From contig CASFXV010000007.1 of NCBI GenBank assembly GCA_949298795.1, forward strand, positions 940 to 64,939: DNA of 64,000 nucleotides, read 5' to 3'. The position numbers and the translations under genes are program-made. This stretch comes from an uncultured bacterium. GTDB lineage: Bacteria; Elusimicrobiota; Elusimicrobia; Elusimicrobiales; Elusimicrobiaceae. The notes below the pieces were generated by a model. That model was given only the letters and a program-made list of their open reading frames with translations, had not been told where the DNA came from and did no database searches. Shown piece after piece: positions 41,725-54,864 of this stretch; the stretch's first letter is position 1, and every line of letters begins with the position of its first letter.

Positions 41725-41753
41725 ATTTTATCAATAAAAGCCGCCTATTGCAA
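41725..41753 (-). promoter_or_regulatory. sigma70 promoter of rplJ-rplL-rpoBC
   Basis: TTGCAA-N17-TAAAAT with TG extended -10. Confidence 0.8.
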
Positions 41754-41817
41754 CCATTTTTGCAAACGTTTTATCCGCGGCTCTTAAAAATATTATACAA
41801 AATTTTTGCGTATTTGT

Positions 41818-43515
41818 TTATTTTTTAAGCACAAATTTGCGCACGCGCGGGGAAGCCCCCGGTTTGCGTTTATACCAGCGTTTGCCGGCGGGGCGGGTTA
41901 TATTTTCCACCGGTTCGCCGCTTAAATCCAACCCCGGGTAAAAATTATACATGAGGCGGCGAAATTTTTCTTCGTACACGCGGCTTTCGTTTGCGTCCCG
42001 CTTTAAAGAGGAAACGGTAAATTCTTTCTTAAAATCCGGCTCCGGCCCGTCCGCGCCAAAACGAGTGGAAAAAGCAAGCATGCGGTCACTGCGCAGAAAA
42101 GTCTGCGGCTGGAGCGGAACATATTCCGCCAGTCCGTGCGGGCCGGTGGAGTCTAGCTCCACACGCAAACCGGCGTAGCGTTTTTCCCGGTCGGTTTTCA
42201 CCACAATCCATTCCCCTTCTTCAAACCCTTTGGGGCGGAGTACGGTAGTGTTTAAATTTAAGTCCGGCTCATCATACGTTTCTTCGCGCGAATCGTCCCA
42301 CGTGGCAAAACTGATTTTGCGGGCAAACACCACTTCTTTCCCGTCCAGCAGTTCCTCGGTTTCGGAAATCAGGGCGCCTTTATCCAAAAAGTCAATCTCC
42401 CATAATTTGCGGTAATTGCCGGCTTTGCGCTCGGCCGATAAATAGCGTGGCGTTTCTATAATATCCGTATTGTGCAAAAACTCCCCGTTCAGCCAAGACT
42501 GCACCCGCGTGTATTTGGGGTAATACGTCCAGCGGTATTCCTCTTGCCCGCGGCGGGCATAAACCAAGCGGCCCTGATCGTCCTTGCGGGTGGAATCATA
42601 GGTTTCCCAATCCGTGGGATTATAGCCTTTTGTTAAAACAGCCGGGTTTAAATCCTGCTTGTGGGCCGCAATTTGACGCCATACATCATACGCTTCCCGA
42701 GAGGGCAGCCCTCTTTCCCCTTCCCGGCTCCAGCCGCCTTGTTCCTGGCAGTTAACGTATCTTTTTAGGCTGCCGCGGCAAAAACTCTTCCACCCTTCCG
42801 CTCCGCCGCGGCGCGGGCGCACACCGGCTACACAATCCAACCCTAAAATAAAATCATCCAAATCCGAGCAGGAAAAATCCTTCCCCCCGTTAACCACATA
42901 TTCAGCCTGCGCCGCGGAACCCTCCTGCTTGGGCATGGCCAGCGCCACGCCCATATCCTGCCACAATAAATGAATATCCGGGGAGGCCCCGTTTAACGCA
43001 ATAACGGCCGGGCGCTGGGCGGAACCCGCCAGCAAATACCCCACTATCTTTTTACCCCCCGCTTGGGCGGACACATACTCGGGCGGGAGCAAAATAACCC
43101 GGATATCTTCCCGTGCGTTGGCATAGGAATATCCCGCCGCGCCGGAGCCTTTATTCAACATGCGCCCAAACTGTTTGGCAATAGACTGGTTATAAGAACA
43201 ATTTTGCTGATTGACAATCACCGGGCGGGTAAGCACTTCCTGCAAGTCTTTAAATTCCGCCGCCCGTCCGGAAGACTCAATACGGGTATACATGGAACGC
43301 AGCCAGCGGGAAACCGCCTCCCCCAGTTGGGCGGGCTCAAAGGAATATTGGCTTAGGTCCCCGTCCACACAAACGGAAACGGGCTGGCGCGCCACAATGC
43401 GCTGCAGCATGGACATGGGGGAAGCCGGTTTGTCTATCCCCCAAGGGGACGCCGCGGCTGCACCGCACAAGCTAAGCCCCGCTAAGCCAAATAGAAATTT
43501 CTTATATGCGTTCAT
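41818..43515 (-). CDS. Secreted hypothetical protein, possibly with a degenerate metzincin-like domain
   Basis: Long ORF with signal peptide MNAYKKFLFGLAGLSLCGAAAA; function not assignable. Confidence 0.75.
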   Translation of the reverse strand: MNAYKKFLFGLAGLSLCGAAAASPWGIDKPASPMSMLQRIVARQPVSVCVDGDLSQYSFEPAQLGEAVSRWLRSMYTRIESSGRAAEFKDLQEVLTRPVIVNQQNCSYNQSIAKQFGRMLNKGSGAAGYSYANAREDIRVILLPPEYVSAQAGGKKIVGYLLAGSAQRPAVIALNGASPDIHLLWQDMGVALAMPKQEGSAAQAEYVVNGGKDFSCSDLDDFILGLDCVAGVRPRRGGAEGWKSFCRGSLKRYVNCQEQGGWSREGERGLPSREAYDVWRQIAAHKQDLNPAVLTKGYNPTDWETYDSTRKDDQGRLVYARRGQEEYRWTYYPKYTRVQSWLNGEFLHNTDIIETPRYLSAERKAGNYRKLWEIDFLDKGALISETEELLDGKEVVFARKISFATWDDSREETYDEPDLNLNTTVLRPKGFEEGEWIVVKTDREKRYAGLRVELDSTGPHGLAEYVPLQPQTFLRSDRMLAFSTRFGADGPEPDFKKEFTVSSLKRDANESRVYEEKFRRLMYNFYPGLDLSGEPVENITRPAGKRWYKRKPGASPRVRKFVLKK

Positions 43516-43566
43516 ACAATACCTATTTATATTATACGATATCCCTCTTATCCATAACAGCATGCC

Positions 43567-44043
43567 TTAATCTAAAGGCCGCACCAGAACACATTCCTCT
43601 TGGTTGTCCCGAAAAGGTAAAAAACCAAGGCGTTTATATAAACGTACGGCTGGGTTTTGTTTTTGTACAGACAAAGAAACTTGTTTATATTTCTTTTGTT
43701 TTAATAATTCCAACATGCCTGTTAATAAAGCCCTACCTATCCCTTTCCCGCGGTACGGCGGCAAAACGGAAACCGCCAAAGAAGGAGTTGTATCATCTAC
43801 ATGAGCAAAATCATTTATTATGCGCACCCACACTACACCCACTACGCGCCCCTCCTTTTCGGCCGCCAGTGCGTAGTCGTCTTTTAAGCGCCCAAAATGA
43901 GAAACATATATTTGAAGCTGGGGCAAATAAATAATGTCTTTAGCCGGCGGAGTGACTGTTTCGGACACAAAAATGGCCTTATATAAAAAATCCGCGAGCA
44001 AAGGGGCTTCCTTCGTTTTAAGTGGACGAATAAAAAATTGCAT
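43567..44043 (-). CDS. GNAT family N-acetyltransferase
   Basis: Acetyl-CoA motif VLPPYRGKGIG; NPAVRLYKRLGF. Confidence 0.92.
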   Translation of the reverse strand: MQFFIRPLKTKEAPLLADFLYKAIFVSETVTPPAKDIIYLPQLQIYVSHFGRLKDDYALAAEKEGRVVGVVWVRIINDFAHVDDTTPSLAVSVLPPYRGKGIGRALLTGMLELLKQKKYKQVSLSVQKQNPAVRLYKRLGFLPFRDNQEECVLVRPLD

Positions 44044-44134
44044 ATCACCTCAAAACACGTAAAAATAATACTACCATACGCTTCTGGCTTATTTTACCCG
44101 GTTATTTGCTTTCCCCAAGATGTATAGCTAAAAC

Positions 44135-44310
44135 CGGAAAAGCCAGCCAAAGCGCAGCAGGGCAAACCGCCGTTTAAGGAAACTTCCCGAATACGCAGAT
44201 AAATTGCCTATATCCCCGGCCCGGCGAAGTTCCCGAACACGGCGGGGAAGCGCTTTAGGGAAGCAGGGTATGCGCCCGATTTGCTTACCCTCGGCAAAAA
44301 GCCTTTTCCG
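44135..44310 (+). ncRNA. Candidate 5S-rRNA-like structured RNA
   Basis: 23/28 identity to the resident 5S gene in inverted orientation; 5S-type three-way junction with compensatory changes (see findings). Confidence 0.6.
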
Positions 44311-44381
44311 ATAAATACAAGTTTTTCCTATAAAATGGATTTTTCCTCACCGGCTGAAGTTCATAACTCCAAACAGACAAC

Positions 44382-44409
44382 AAAAAACCCCGCCTGGTAA
44401 GCGGGGTTT
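44382..44409. terminator. rRNA operon terminator
   Basis: AAACCCCGC-N7-GCGGGGTTT stem; U-tract on the minus strand. Confidence 0.88.
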
Positions 44410-44432
44410 ATAAAAGGAAAAGGCTGGGATGA

Positions 44433-44552
44433 GACCGACAACGATCTACTCTCTCAGCGCCGAATTGGGCGCCAATACCATCGACCCTGAAGAGCTTAAC
44501 TGCCGTGTTCGGAATGGGAACGGGTGTTGCCTCTTCGGAATTATTATCAGTC
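44433..44552 (-). rRNA. rrf: 5S rRNA
   Basis: CCCATTCCGAACACGG, GATGGTA and GAGAGTAG motifs; flanking processing stem GGCTGGAATGA/TCATCCCAGCC. Ends approximate. Confidence 0.95.
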
Positions 44553-44765
44553 TCATTCCAGCCTCTTAATTAAAAGAACAAATCTGTTTAAAAAGGAACT
44601 ATCAACGCCGGTACGACAATTCCTTTTTAAAAGCGGTTGAACTCGTGCTCGCTGTTTAGTTGCAACAGGTCATCGCATCCTTTCAACCTTTATCTTATGA
44701 TATCAGATATTTTAGAAAAGCGCAAGTGTTTTTACACTCACATTCTTCAATCAGGATTAAAGAAT

Positions 44766-47801
<3,036 letters not shown>

Positions 47802-48115
47802 ATTCTTTAATCCGACTGATTTTCATCAATCATGGTCATTTAAATGCTAGATAATTGCTTATCTATGATAACCATTAACTTTTAAGTTAATTGTTCTCAT
47901 GCTTAATTGTGTAAGTGTAAGTATTTTTATTAACTACTAAAAATACAAACGCTTGGCTTTTCTAAAATATATTTTCATTTTCTCTGCTGCCCGCCAATTG
48001 CTTTTATCTATTCAAGAATTGACTTCCGGAGACTTACGAGAAAAGATTGAATATAAGTTATCTGATTTTCAAAGAACTATAAATTTGACGCAACATTTTT
48101 CGCAACAGTTAATTG

Positions 48116-48188
48116 TGGAGCTGATCGGGATCGAACCGACGACCTCCTGCTTGCAAAGCAGGCGCTCTCCCAGCTGAGCTACAGCCCC
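48116..48188 (-). tRNA. tRNA-Ala(TGC)
   Basis: GGGGCTGTAGCTCAGCTGGGAGAGCGCCTGCTTTGCAAGCAGG cloverleaf; CCA not encoded. Confidence 0.97.
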
Positions 48189-48204
48189 TTAAAACTTAAA
48201 GCTG

Positions 48205-48278
48205 TGGGCCCGGAAGGAATTGAACCTTCGACCTCACGCTTATCAAGCGTGCGCTCTAACCAGCTGAGCTACGAGCCC
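48205..48278 (-). tRNA. tRNA-Ile(GAT)
   Basis: GGGCTCGTAGCTCAGCTGGTTAGAGCGCACGCTTGATAAGCGTG cloverleaf; CCA not encoded. Confidence 0.97.
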
Positions 48279-48438
48279 AAGCTAACTAATATAAATAGGC
48301 TTGTATTAAGTTTACTTCATAAAAGAGCTTAAGCCCTAGAACTGTTAATGTGCGAGTGGCCGACTTGAAATGAATAGCGCTTTCGCGCACCAATTTAAAA
48401 GCTACCGACCTATTCTAACTTCTAAAAGAAATTAGAAT

Positions 48439-49950
<1,512 letters not shown>

Positions 49951-50149
49951 AATTTATAATCTTTAAACCGCAAGCGGTTCAAAGACCGTAAATCGCTAAC
50001 AGCGAGCTGTTGACTTTTGACTCTCTACTCTTTTGAATTAACTTTGGTGTCATATATATAGCTATATGACTTAGCTTTAATGAGCTTTTGAACTGTTAAA
50101 CACAAAGTGTTTTTTCATTTCAAATCGCCCATTCGCACATTGCTGTCAA

Positions 50150-50163
50150 ATTTTCAGAGAACG
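50150..50163 (-). promoter_or_regulatory. rrn leader boxA-like antitermination site (second copy in the spacer at ~48064-48077)
   Basis: GTTCTCTGAAAAT in the leader and GTTCTTTGAAAAT in the ITS. Confidence 0.6.
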
Positions 50164-50240
50164 AAACTTCCTCGTTGCTCTCTTTTTCAAGAGGCAAAGG
50201 AAAGTTTTTCACTTCTTTACGCTGTTAAAGCTGTAAAGAT

Positions 50241-50843
50241 ATTATAACAAAATCTTTTTTATTTTGTCAAGCCTTTTTTAAAGCTTTATTTATCAACTGC
50301 TCGGCTTGTCAAAATCTTTACTACTCTTTTATTAAAGCATATTTTTTTGCGTTTGTCAAGCACTTTTTATTAAGGTTGATTTTCGCTATGCTTGTTACTA
50401 CATTTATTATTAAAGCAAATTTATTTGTTTGTGTCAAGTCTTTTTTAAAACTTCTTGGAATATTCAAGAAATTCATGGCCGCTTAGGACCGGAGGGGTAA
50501 AGACTTAACGGTACAGCTAATTGTTTTTGCAAGACCCGCAAGACTAACTTGTCCGGCTGGGCTCAGTCCGTCTTCTGCCTTTTCTCTATATAAGGTGACG
50601 TTTCGCTGCCAAAAAGTTTTCTGCTTGCTTAAGACTTACAAAAACCAGAAGTTTTGTTAAGTGAATATTTAAAAGAACAATTACGACTACGAAATATAGT
50701 CTATCAAAAAAAGACAGAAATGTCAAGCCCCTTTTTCATCTTTTTCAAAAAATATTTTGAAAAGGGGTCCTTGCGCTTCTGTGGAAACAAGCCTTTTTGT
50801 TTCCTTATGTATCTAGTGTATATAATTTGCAAAAGAATGTCAA
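50241..50843 (-). promoter_or_regulatory. Array of five tandem rrn sigma70 promoters
   Basis: TTGACA plus -10 at 50241-50270 (TATAAT), 50331-50359 (TTTAAT), 50409-50437 (TTTAAT), 50698-50726 (TAGACT) and 50815-50843 (TACACT). Confidence 0.8.
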
Positions 50844-51069
50844 GCGTTTTTTCTCCGTCGGAGAAATCCTCTTTATTGCTTTCTTTTGCAAAAAACACAC
50901 TAAATATTTACAGCGGGCAAAACCTGTTTGCCCTGTTGTTATTATTATATCCTTTTTATATAAAAAGAGCAAGCCGCTACGGATGCCGCCAAAACGCAAT
51001 TGGATTGCAACAATATATATAAGGAAGAGAAAACGCCGCCCTTTTTCTAAAATTTGCTATCCTTATATT

Positions 51070-52075
51070 ATGGATAAGCAAACGCAAACCCTTTTAAAAT
51101 ACACCTCACGCAGTTTATATTTAAGTGCGCGCATTTTGCCCCGCACTATACAAGATGCTTTTGGCATTGCTTATCTGTTGTGCCGCTACGCAGACAGCAT
51201 TGCCGACACCTCTCTCCTGCCGCCTCAGCGCCGTTTGTACTGGATAGCCAAATATCCGCAAATGATTGCCAACCCGAATGAAAACGAACAGAAAGAATTG
51301 GTGAAAGAAATATGCGGGTCTTCGGATAATCCATATGAGAAAGAATTGTTAGAGAATCTCCCCCGCTGTTTACAGGCGTTTCAGGCGCTTTGCGCCCCCC
51401 AGCAACAAGCTGTATTGGAAGTAGCCAGCCAAGTGTGCGACGGCATGCAAATGGACCTGCAAACTTTCCCGGCGGAAAATTCCGGGCAAATTGCCGCCCT
51501 GCAAACGGCAGAAAATTTGGAACATTACTGCCACTTAATGGGAGGAGCGCCCGGCGTATTTTGGAGCACCCTCATTACGCAAACCGTACGCCTGCCTATT
51601 GAAAAAGAACGTTTGCTCCTTTTGGGAAGAAACATTGGGGACGCGGGACTTGCCAAAAGATTTACGCATCGGGCGCTGCTATTTCCCGTTGGAGGAATTA
51701 TCCCCTTTAGGGTTAACCCCGCAAGATTTATTAGAGCCGAAAAACTCTCCCCGCTTTGAGCCAATAAAACAAAAATGGATATATTGGGGATTAAGCAAAC
51801 TGCAGTCTGCTTTTGAATACATGCAGGCGCTGCCAAAAACCCAGCTGCGGCACCGGGCGGCGGTGGCCTGGCCGGTGTTATGGACGGCGGACACCTTATA
51901 TAAGGTATATCAGGAACAAAATTTATTGGATCCAAACCACCGGGTTAAAATCCCGCGGCGGGTGATTTATAAAACAATGCTTCTCTCCCCTTTTGTATTG
52001 CCCAGTAACCGCCTGTTTGCCAAATGGCTTGAAAACAAAATGGCGCTTTTCCCCCCTTCTGCAAACACCTTATAA
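51070..52075 (+). pseudogene. Squalene/phytoene synthase family gene, frameshifted
   Basis: SRSLYL and DSIAD in one frame; RDLPKDLRIGRCYFP in another. The junction at ~51645 lacks the LQxxNIL segment. Confidence 0.82.
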
Positions 52076-52140
52076 GGGCCTAATTTTTATAGGCCCTTTT
52101 TCACCCTTGAATTTTACGGTTTCTTTATTAAAGTATAAGT

Positions 52141-52315
52141 ACAAAGTACTCCGGGAAAGCCCGACATCTTTGGTTGCAGTTGCTGGATGCACAGCGTGTA
52201 TCCCGATTGCGTGAAGACCCAGATGCGTTGCCCCCGGAAGAAAGAGGAACATAAGTCATGGTAATGACAAGAATGAGCTAAACCCCCGACTGATGATACG
52301 CGGGGGTTTATTTTT
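52141..52315 (+). ncRNA. Candidate stand-alone sRNA (long imperfect hairpin)
   Basis: TTGAAT-N16-TAAAGT promoter, a ~90-nt rod with G-U pairs favouring the + strand, and a terminator at 52279-52315. Confidence 0.4.
52279..52315. terminator. Terminator between candidate sRNA and pilin
   Basis: TAAACCCCCG / CGGGGGTTTA stem followed by TTTTT. Confidence 0.8.
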
Positions 52316-52371
52316 GTGTTATACAGCAGAAATTAATGTATAAGGATGTTTTCCTCAAAAAACAGAGAAAT

Positions 52372-52935
52372 CTACTGAGTCCAATATTCTCCTAATCGAT
52401 TAGGCCAACCAACTATCTTACAGAAATTAGCCCTATATGGATTCTGCGCTTCAGCCGCACCCCCATATTGCCAGCAGTATATTTCCCCCGGCGTTGTCCG
52501 CACTGATCCCCCGGAGTGTACTTTGTTGGCTATCGTAACTACAAACCCAACAGCCGCGATGGTAGATGTGCTGGTGCCTTTGCGGTCAATTAACATAACA
52601 ACCATTTCTTGATTATTATGAAAAGCAATCGCCACATTTCCATGCGCACGCATATTTGGGAAAAAAGCAGGATTGATTGCCCATGAAACCGGTCCAGAAT
52701 AGGGCTCACCCGGAAAATCCAAATCTAAAGCGTCCATATCAAAAGCATAAGTGCCTGTGCTCATATAATATACCTGCTGAGCCTTAAGCGCACTGTTTGC
52801 CAAGGTGAGAAGCTCCGCCGCCTGTGATTTTAGAACCGCTTTCCGGTAACTGGGCACAGCCACAGAAGCTAAAATTCCTATTATCAGAACCACCACTAAC
52901 AGCTCTATTAGTGTAAATCCGCCCTTTTTATTCAT
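52372..52935 (-). CDS. pilE: Type IV pilin (PilE-like)
   Basis: Prepilin site MNKKGG|FTLIELLVVVLIIGILASVAVP with Glu5; C-terminal Cys pair. Confidence 0.9.
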   Translation of the reverse strand: MNKKGGFTLIELLVVVLIIGILASVAVPSYRKAVLKSQAAELLTLANSALKAQQVYYMSTGTYAFDMDALDLDFPGEPYSGPVSWAINPAFFPNMRAHGNVAIAFHNNQEMVVMLIDRKGTSTSTIAAVGFVVTIANKVHSGGSVRTTPGEIYCWQYGGAAEAQNPYRANFCKIVGWPNRLGEYWTQ

Positions 52936-52970
52936 AACCTGTACCCCCCCTCTTGCACAACATTAAACCC

Positions 52971-52998
52971 ACTATATCAAAAAAAAAAAACAAAGCAA
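52971..52998 (-). promoter_or_regulatory. Pilin promoter with poly-T12 spacer
   Basis: TTGCTT-TG-T12-GA-TATAGT (16-nt spacer). Confidence 0.7.
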
Positions 52999-53097
52999 GG
53001 CTTTACAACAAAGGACAATAAAGAGAAGGGGTATCGTTCGGTTTTTATCTTACTATAAAAAGAGTCCCACTTTTCCGATCGGACGAATTTGAATTAT

Positions 53098-53481
53098 CTA
53101 TTGATAACGGTGCTCTTTCTTTTTCATTTCCTTCCATACCGCCAGGGCTTCCTCAGGCGTGGCGGCTTTGGGATACTGGCCAAACACATGCGGGTGACGG
53201 CGGTGCAACTTTTCATACAAACCGTCTATTACGTCCTGTATGGTAAATTTGCCTTCTTCCGCGGCCAGCTGGCTGTGCATAAGCACCTGCAAGAGAACAT
53301 CCCCCAATTCTTCCTTCATGTTTTCGTCGTCTTTTTTCTCAATGGCTTCTATCAGTTCTTGGCTTTCATTTTGCAAACATTTAATTAAGCTTTCATGCGT
53401 TTGTTTCTTATCCCACGGGCAGCCGTTGGGGCCGCGCAGAATGGCAAAAGTTTCCACCAATTCATCAAAACTGTGCTTCAT
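53098..53481 (-). CDS. mazG: MazG-family nucleoside triphosphate pyrophosphohydrolase (single domain)
   Basis: GCPWDKKQTHESL, EELGDVLLQV and RRHPHVFG motifs. Confidence 0.92.
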   Translation of the reverse strand: MKHSFDELVETFAILRGPNGCPWDKKQTHESLIKCLQNESQELIEAIEKKDDENMKEELGDVLLQVLMHSQLAAEEGKFTIQDVIDGLYEKLHRRHPHVFGQYPKAATPEEALAVWKEMKKKEHRYQ

Positions 53482-53539
53482 ATTAATTAAGCTCCTTTTT
53501 GGTTGTTAGGCCTTCTAAAAAATGCTATACAGTTATTAT

Positions 53540-54850
53540 ATGAAAATAAATATTCTTGCCGCTTTTTTGCTGTTCACAACAGCCCTTTTACCTTTACAGG
53601 CGCAAAACGCCCAAGCCGTTGTGGTGAAACAAGACGGGGATAAAATTTATTTAGATATTTCTTCCCTTTCCTCCCCCGTAAAAAAAGGAGATTTGTTTAA
53701 AATTATTACGGCGTCCGAACCGCTTATCAACCCCCAAACCGGCAAAAATTTGGGTGATATATACCAATATTCACCCGAGGGCTCTATTACTGAGGTGCAG
53801 CCCCTTTACGCCGTGGGTGAAATTAAAAACGCAAAAAGATACGCTGCCAGCGCCAAAGCGGTTTTAGAAAGCCAACCGGAACCGGCCCAAACCCAGGAGG
53901 CCGCACAAAAAACCAAAGAAGAAAAGTCTTCCCGCCAAATTATCACGTATCAACCGGTGGAACAAACCATCGTCAGCTTAACGGAAGGCAACGTCACCGC
54001 CCCCAACCAAATTATTACCTTAAGCGATAAAGGCCAAGTTACCGTGTACTCCCCCGCCGATGATACGTTAAACCCTGTTTTAACGGCCAGCCTCCCCGCC
54101 GGAACAGAACCTATCGCCATTTCCGCCGTAGACGTGAAAAAAACGGGGCGCAGCCAAATTTTTGCCAGCTATTACAATCCTTCCCGCAAAATGATATCCA
54201 CCGCCGTGCTGGAAGCCCAAAACGAAAATTTGGAAACGACGGATACATTCAACTCGTTTGTGAAAGAAATAGGCTGCTCCCCGGATAAAACCCTTTGGGG
54301 GCAAACGCCGTTTGTTTTGGGCGGCAATCCCGGCAACGCGCGCAAGGTATTATATAACGGCAAAAAATTTGAGTTGGCAAAAGAGGATACAAACACCCGC
54401 CGGGAATGGTTAAACGGGATTAATTTTTATCCGTATGAACAAGACAAAACCGGCCTGGTATACATCACCTCCAGCGGGACATTAAAGGCCCAAACCGGCA
54501 AAGAGCGCTGGGCAAAAAGCAAAAGCCTTTTCTCTTCCACCCCAAATCGTGTAAAATATAAACAAGACGTGGTAAAATTTTATCCGTCGGTACAAGTGTA
54601 CCAGAAAGGCAGTACACCCGTTATCGTGGCCGCGCAAAATACGGCCAAATTGGGCCTGCTGGCGGATTTATTCGGCCAATACAAAGACGGAAAAATTCAT
54701 TTTCTTAATATAGAGAAAGGTCGTTTGGTAAGCGAAGATACCGTAGAGTTAGACGGCTACGTCTATGATACGGCTTGCACGCAAGACGCTATTTTAACGG
54801 CAGAAACGCTTGAAGAAGGCTACAGTTCCATAAAAGCCATCGCCAAATAA
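53540..54850 (+). CDS. Secreted hypothetical protein (FlgT-C-like N-terminus, beta-rich C-terminus)
   Basis: Signal peptide MKINILAAFLLFTTALLPLQA; PQTGKNLG motif. Domain calls are inference. Confidence 0.7.
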   Translation: MKINILAAFLLFTTALLPLQAQNAQAVVVKQDGDKIYLDISSLSSPVKKGDLFKIITASEPLINPQTGKNLGDIYQYSPEGSITEVQPLYAVGEIKNAKRYAASAKAVLESQPEPAQTQEAAQKTKEEKSSRQIITYQPVEQTIVSLTEGNVTAPNQIITLSDKGQVTVYSPADDTLNPVLTASLPAGTEPIAISAVDVKKTGRSQIFASYYNPSRKMISTAVLEAQNENLETTDTFNSFVKEIGCSPDKTLWGQTPFVLGGNPGNARKVLYNGKKFELAKEDTNTRREWLNGINFYPYEQDKTGLVYITSSGTLKAQTGKERWAKSKSLFSSTPNRVKYKQDVVKFYPSVQVYQKGSTPVIVAAQNTAKLGLLADLFGQYKDGKIHFLNIEKGRLVSEDTVELDGYVYDTACTQDAILTAETLEEGYSSIKAIAK

Positions 54851-54864
54851 CCCGGGAGATTACT

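Noticed and set aside
44160-44200. GGCAAACC resembling a c-di-GMP-I riboswitch
   Set aside because: No GNRA-capped P2 or following GACGCAAAG; the 5S-like interpretation fits better.
50654-51069. ORFs 50654-51022 and the 5' extension of 50797-51759
   Set aside because: They fall in the AT-rich rrn promoter array; low-complexity and non-coding.
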